Origin: Azolla caroliniana
Lineage: Eukaryota > Plantae > Polypodiophyta
Reading direction: 5' to 3'
NCBI GenBank assembly: GCA_043228905.1
Contig: JBHGNT010000756.1
Coordinates: 1 to 16,267 of the forward strand
Length of the DNA stretch: 16,267 bases
Shown here: positions 10,770 to 16,267 of the stretch, in pieces
Position numbering within the stretch: the stretch's first letter is position 1
Layout: every line of letters starts with the position of its first letter
Made by a program: the position numbers and the translations under genes
Notes under the pieces: generated by a model
Database searches by the model: none
What the model was told of the DNA's origin: nothing
What the model saw: the letters and a program-made list of their open reading frames with translations, nothing else

Positions 10770-13700
10770 TCAATCTGCTTCAAGTTCAGCACCAAAGTTC
10801 TCTAATCTTCTTTCCTCATCTGCAGCATCCATTTCAGCATAGTTAACAAGCCCATCATCCTCGACAGCTTCTACTTGTTTACCTCCAAACCTACAACAAT
10901 ATACTAGCAAAGTCATGACTCATCACATTTGCAAAATGGAACTTTCCATATGAAGCACACAATTTACCATCGTCCATTCATGCGCTCAATGCACTTTAAC
11001 CCGCTTTGTCTATCTTTGAATTTCACCATCACAACTCCTTCGGAGCTGTTTTTGTATACCTGCATAGTTCACCTGAATCAGTAGAAGGATTGATTTGCAA
11101 TGCCAAATGCAACAGACCTAAGTGAATTCTACAATGAAGAGAAGCCAATTTAGGAGAGACTTATACACTTTACCTTCAGTCTTTCTAAAGGACCAAGTTT
11201 GACACATTCTTCAGTAACATCAGCCTCCAAGTCTGCCAGTGTGTTTGGATCTGACTGCACATCCACACGAAAGGTAGAAAAGAAGGGGCCTATGTTAATC
11301 AACACTGTAACTTATAATATAAGCTTCCTCATGAACCATCTACTTTTTCATTAATCCCAAAAGCTTCTACTTTAATTTGCAAGAGTATTTCTTGGTGTTG
11401 ATCACAAATAAGACAAAATAATGCATGATCATTATTCAATCTTCAGCATATATTCAGCCTTTACCATCAATTCTTCTTGTGTAAACATGTTTTTCAACAG
11501 AACACTCATTGCTGTTCTCTTCTTGGCATCATCGAAGCCACCTAGAAAATTGTGCATTCATTGTATTAAGCATGATAAACTAAAAGATAGTGCACTTTTA
11601 AGCATAAAAAAGAACAACACTATAACGCAATGGCATTACCCCAACCAAGGGCTTTTTGCTCTGCATACTTCAACTTTTTCTTTTTCTGTTTATTGGCTTC
11701 CTTCTTAATGAAGACACTGCCTGCAATATCCAACACATATTTTGACAGGGAAATCACAAGTTATGCAGGATAATGTGAGAATAATAATACTGATGCAGTG
11801 GAGACTCATTAAAGATCACCTCTTTGTTCAAACTTTGCCTGGCTGACAGACATTAATTGTTTGTCACCAGGCCGAAAAGGTGCTCCATCCAGAAGCTTAA
11901 TTGCCAGGTCTACAGAAGGCTCCTACAATCAACAAAAAACCACTTATCACTCAATTGTTATCCATGTAAAACCTCTTAGGATATTCAATACACCTTCATT
12001 AGGATTTTCGAAGTATTAAATCCCACCTTTAAGTATGTCACAAGTGCATCTCCTTTCAAAACATTTGTTTGTTTGTCAGCATACAGTTTTATTTTCGGTT
12101 TCTTCGTGTCTGGATCCTCCTTAATAATGCCACACTTTGAAAACACTTCCGCAACCTGCAATATAATGCTTTTCTAGATTTTAAAAGATAGGTCCAATCC
12201 TGCAGAAGGATTAATAAAGCTATTGCCCATGGCAAATTCTTGATATCTTGCTATGCTAATTAATAAAAAAATGCCTTGCTATTCTAAGCCTGAACCATAA
12301 AGCTATCTTTTGTATTTCACCATTTTGTTATGTCTGCTTTTATGTCTTTTCAGGGAGACAAAAGCTCTCAGGAACTACTTTGATAGAGAATGAAAAATGG
12401 ATTGCTCGCTCTAATTTTCTGGATGCCAACCATAATACATTCAAGATTCATCCAAAATCCAGGAAATCTCTCGTGTGGCTATAACTTAACCTAGGAAAGC
12501 TAGCATTATAACGAAGTGACATAATTACTGGCTTGCAAATTACTCAGACACCTGATAGGAACACTGTTTGAACAATACCAACATTAATTATCCACTTTAG
12601 TCATACACACTTCTAGGTATATCAAGATTAAATAGAAGGATAGAAATTGTAGACTAGACGGTCTCATAAAAAGCTTAAGAATATAAAGAATATTACAAAA
12701 GTGGCACACCAACAATTGATAATAACTCTGGCTTTTTATTGCATCATTATACATATACCACACTTTAATATTAACTTCAAACAGAACTTACACCAAATAT
12801 GAAACAGTTCAATCAAAAGTTGATAACAAACAACCAAATTTATTCATGGAATCTAAAACTCAGTAATTGGATACCTCTTCAGAAGTCACATCAGTTGGTA
12901 GTCCAGTTACATATACATGAGTGTTAATTTTTAACTCAAACCAACCCTCAGGGTTATTATTTGGCTGTTTTGCCACTTCCTGCAAAATGCACAAGGATAT
13001 GAAACTCATAAAACACAGTAACCAACTATCTTAGAAAAACTATAACACAAGCAAACCACATATACTATTGTAATCTTTGCAAACTAAAGATCAGAAACGC
13101 ACAAAATTTCCAAAAATAAATAAATAAAAGCAGCTCAATTTGAAACCCAAGAAATTGCACAGGCATATGTATTTTGTGTGATAAAGAGTATGTAAACACC
13201 CATATTGTTTTCAAACATTGTAGGTGTACATTTCAACCCCTCGCTTCCAGATACAAGTGACCTCTACCCCTCCAGCCCCCTTTTTTTAATACTTAAAAAT
13301 AACAATTCATAACTCTAAATGCCTTCAGACACACTCATTAGTCTCTAAGATGGCCATTGTTCTTTGTAAGAAGGCGCCCTCTCCTCCATCTCTAGAATGA
13401 AAGTGTGTGATGATGAAATGGAATTATCTACCCAAGTGAGTCAAGGGAATATCTTGAAAGCTTTGATTATAGCATCTTGATGTGTCTATACAGCCAAGCA
13501 AGTGTTCATCCCGTTTTGAATACAAGATAATTTATTTGCCCTCACTGAAGAATTAGCAGATGTTCACACTCTACTTAGTGTCCCTCCTCTCCTCCTGCAC
13601 CTGTGCTCTTCTCTACATCAAACTGTCTAGAGTCTATTTTCTCTCTTTTTTCTGATATCACTTTTCTGTCACTTCTAACTCTTTGTTAACAATTTCTCTT

Positions 13701-15289
13701 ACTCCTAGCAAACTTTGATCTATAGACTTTTGAATGACAGTATCAATGAAAATTAAACAACTTAATAAAAGAAACCTCTGTAGCAACAAATTAAATGGAG
13801 GTTAAAGCTTAAGAAACACACATAGGAGATCAACACTTGCATTAAAAAAAATCACAGTTGCATCATATATTTTGTTGCAACAAGAGTGACTTGTTTGAAC
13901 TGCTGGTGCATCTAATTATAAAAATAATCAAAGAAACTATAATGATACTCACGTCTACTGATTTCCTTTTATTGTCAGATTTTAATTCCTGTGTCTCCTT
14001 TCCAACATCTTCTGATAATGTTGCACTCAAGGTTGGGAAAACTTCTTCTTCAACATCAAAAACCATCTCCTCAGCTCTATATATGGGAACCTCAGGAAGA
14101 CATTCCCCCTGTCACGCATGCAATTCAACTCATGAGCCCCATATGTCAACTCATCCTCAAACAGAAAGCCAACAACAAATCAAATCATCTACCTGAGGCA
14201 CCCAAACTCTGCGAGCATGATTCCATCGGTATGTTGTTCCATCATCATCAGTGAATTCTTCTTCACCTTTAGGGGGTGATACAGGTGTATCAGTGCCATC
14301 AATTATCTCATTGTTTTTAGATCTTGAATCGACAAATGATGCAGCCACTGCTGCATGTTTTCCTGTTCTTGCTTTCAAGCGAGCAGCTTCTTCTTCTGCC
14401 TTCCTGATCTCTTCCTGCCACCTTATAAAGTCATCTTCTCCATCTCCTCTATCCAACACTTTCACTGCAGCATCATTTTGAACTGAATTTTCACTAGCGA
14501 TGGCCGCATTTTCACTAGCAATGACCGCATTTTGTGTATCATCTAGCTCATTTCTTTTAGCTAGTTTAGGGTTATTAATTATGACATATTTACTCAATTC
14601 ATCAATTTCAGATAATGAAGACCATTTATCTTTTCCATCTGCCCAAAGTAGAGAGCTGCTTGTCAGATAGCCTGATGAATAATGTTCTGCATTCCAAGAA
14701 TAGAGATTAATACTTGCTGAAAAAGAAAGTCTAAAATCTAATGCTTACCGTAAAGTGAGCTTCTCAATTTAATTTAAATGAAGACAGGACAAATAAAGGG
14801 ATAAAAGTAAATGCAGTCTCCACAAATAATTACTAAACTATAACAGAACTAAAGCGCAGAAAGTAAAAAATGTAAGTGTGCACCAACAACCTATAAAAAG
14901 AAGCAATATAATTAGCTGCTAAGTATACATTTTAACTGACACCTTTATCAAAGCTCAAATATTGGCAACTAAGCTAAAATAAGCTAGTTACACACTGCAA
15001 TATAATGTTCACAATAAAGTTTTTGAAATGGGAAGAGATCCTAAATTAATACAGCTTCAATGTTTACAAAGATATCAATGTAGTTGAAATTCATAAAGGT
15101 TAAATCAATAAGCTCTCAAAGTTATTATATTTGCAAAGCTATTGAATAAAAAATAAATGTAAATAATAAATGTCTTTACGAAGGGATAAACTGCAATTCA
15201 CCTTGTAGTTCATCTATAGTGTAGGGCCCATAGCTTTGTTGTTCGCCAAGAACATACCATTGTGCTTTCTGGTCTCCATTTCTTTCCAT
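10770..15289 (-). CDS. ELF9: Tat-SF1/CUS2-family splicing factor (U2AF-associated protein 2; Arabidopsis ELF9-like): GYF-like domain, RRM and UHM; 11 coding exons, 508 aa
   Basis: Coding exons (minus): 15202-15289, 14193-14686, 13953-14108, 12875-12979, 12027-12155, 11820-11922, 11640-11720, 11465-11541, 11174-11254, 10968-11059, 10770-10890. Total 1527 nt, all GT-AG, frame consistent. Motifs: [14 protein letters not shown]...GYL...LLWADG (GYF_2-like), [35 protein letters not shown] (RNP2), [18 protein letters not shown] (RNP1), VLLKNMF and MNGRWFGG (UHM RxF motif). The ATG lies 1 nt after an acceptor AG, so an upstream exon could extend the N-terminus. Confidence 0.93.
14487..14533 (-). repeat. 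In-frame 21-nt coding tandem repeat ([15 protein letters not shown]) in ELF9-like exon 2
   Basis: attttcactagcgatggccgc followed by attttcactagcaatgaccgc (2 mismatches) plus a partial third atttt. Confidence 0.9.
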
Positions 15290-15599
15290 TCTAGCATACA
15301 CAATACAGATACATTAGCCAAAACAGACCTAGTTTTCTTTGAATGAGTTAGAGCTTAAAACTTCGCATTCAAATAGTTCCTTATTAACAATTAAATCTCC
15401 AGTCTTTTATAAACCATGAAAATTTTATTTAAATCTTTTAAATTAAAGTTTTTTTATGAGAGAACAAACTCTACTGAACTAGTATTTAGATGTATGAAAA
15501 AATGTCCTGTGTTTGATGCCTAATCCCTGAGCAAAGACTAAATGACACTTCTCAAGCAAGTCCATATAGGTAGAACAAAGTAACTTATCCAGAGCATTA

Positions 15600-15920
15600 A
15601 ACTTTTATGATAATAAACATGATGTTTCTCAAGAGACTATATACAAGTGTAAACAACATCCCCTAATATGGAAATTGCACTGGTTGCTATTAGATGGTCC
15701 TTATGTTGCTGGATTCACATATGTTAGCTTCCTAGGGTATTGAGATATGCTATGAAACATTTGCATCTTCAAATCACAACGTGTTTGGCTATAGGTATTC
15801 AATGTCATCATATCCATTAGTTCACTTTCTTTCTTTAACATCCACACTTGTGCTTGATGAACTTGAACTTCGACGTAGCTCGCAAATTTTCTTGCTTCTA
15901 TTGGATGTTTACATTGTGAC
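15600..15920 (-). mobile_element. Degenerate copia-like integrase fragment upstream of the ELF9-like ATG
   Basis: Minus-strand remnants SKFKFIK, YDDIEYL, HISIP*EANICESSNIRTI and a frameshifted WGDVVYT-like stretch. They are collinear with the copia integrase pattern KFK.FK...DNGxEY...AERxNRT...WGEAV. Confidence 0.4.
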
Positions 15921-16267
15921 TAAACCTCAATTGTCTCAGCAAAAGTGCAACTAATGGAGCAATATTGTCACATTTGCAGCCTTCAGCAATTGATCTAGAA
16001 TAGAAAATTTCAGGCATTCAAGGTCCCAATTGAATAGCTCACCTTCCTTCTTTCTGCAATAAAATAAATACTGTCTTTGGGGGCAAGAACTTCACCTAGT
16101 AAATCTCTTTCTGTTCTTTCTTTTAGACTAGAAATTTACTTATGATTTGCATACCACGCTTGTATCACAACTCATCTATAGAGAACCCCTTCTCTCCTAG
16201 CACTTGTACCATAAATAGCGACAAGTTTAGTTAAATTATGTTTTTGTCTGTACATTTTGACCCTTTT

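Noticed and set aside
12865-12874. U12-type intron (donor GTATCC) after ELF9-like exon 4
   Set aside because: The donor reads GTATCCAA rather than GTATCCTT, and I see no TCCTTAAC-type branch point near the acceptor at 12156.
1170-14481. Plus-strand ORFs in the track (1170, 3207, 4858, 8286, 10517, 11421, 13858, 13991, 14251) as independent genes
   Set aside because: They are short, have no recognisable motifs, and lie antisense to real exons or the UTR; typical shadow ORFs.
2307-14597. Minus-strand ORFs 2307-2501, 3876-4148, 8268-8453, 13863-14066 and 14157-14597 as separate small proteins
   Set aside because: Each is an exon of one of the two spliced genes read through into intron sequence.
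562-15289. Functional coupling of the PheRS-beta and ELF9-like genes as a novel system
   Set aside because: Two ordinary housekeeping genes in tandem, each with its own stop and separated by TE debris; nothing in the sequence indicates co-transcription or fusion.

Overview
AT-rich eukaryotic nuclear DNA, most likely from a land plant, with two intron-rich genes in tandem on the minus strand. Gene 1 is a complete 19-exon cytosolic phenylalanyl-tRNA synthetase beta subunit (CDS 8453->562, 594 aa by hand splicing; one intron is GC-AG). Gene 2 is an 11-coding-exon Tat-SF1/CUS2/ELF9-type U2 snRNP-associated splicing factor (GYF-like + RRM + UHM; CDS 15289->10770, 508 aa). Non-coding space holds decayed Ty1/copia relics (PheRS intron 1, the intergenic spacer, upstream of gene 2), two intronic tandem duplications (270 bp and 112 bp) and microsatellites. 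A forward-reverse-forward triplication of a perfect 43-bp segment lies just upstream of the PheRS promoter. I see no convincing novel multi-gene system; the most unusual element is that three-armed inverted repeat. All coordinates and family assignments were derived by eye, without database searches.
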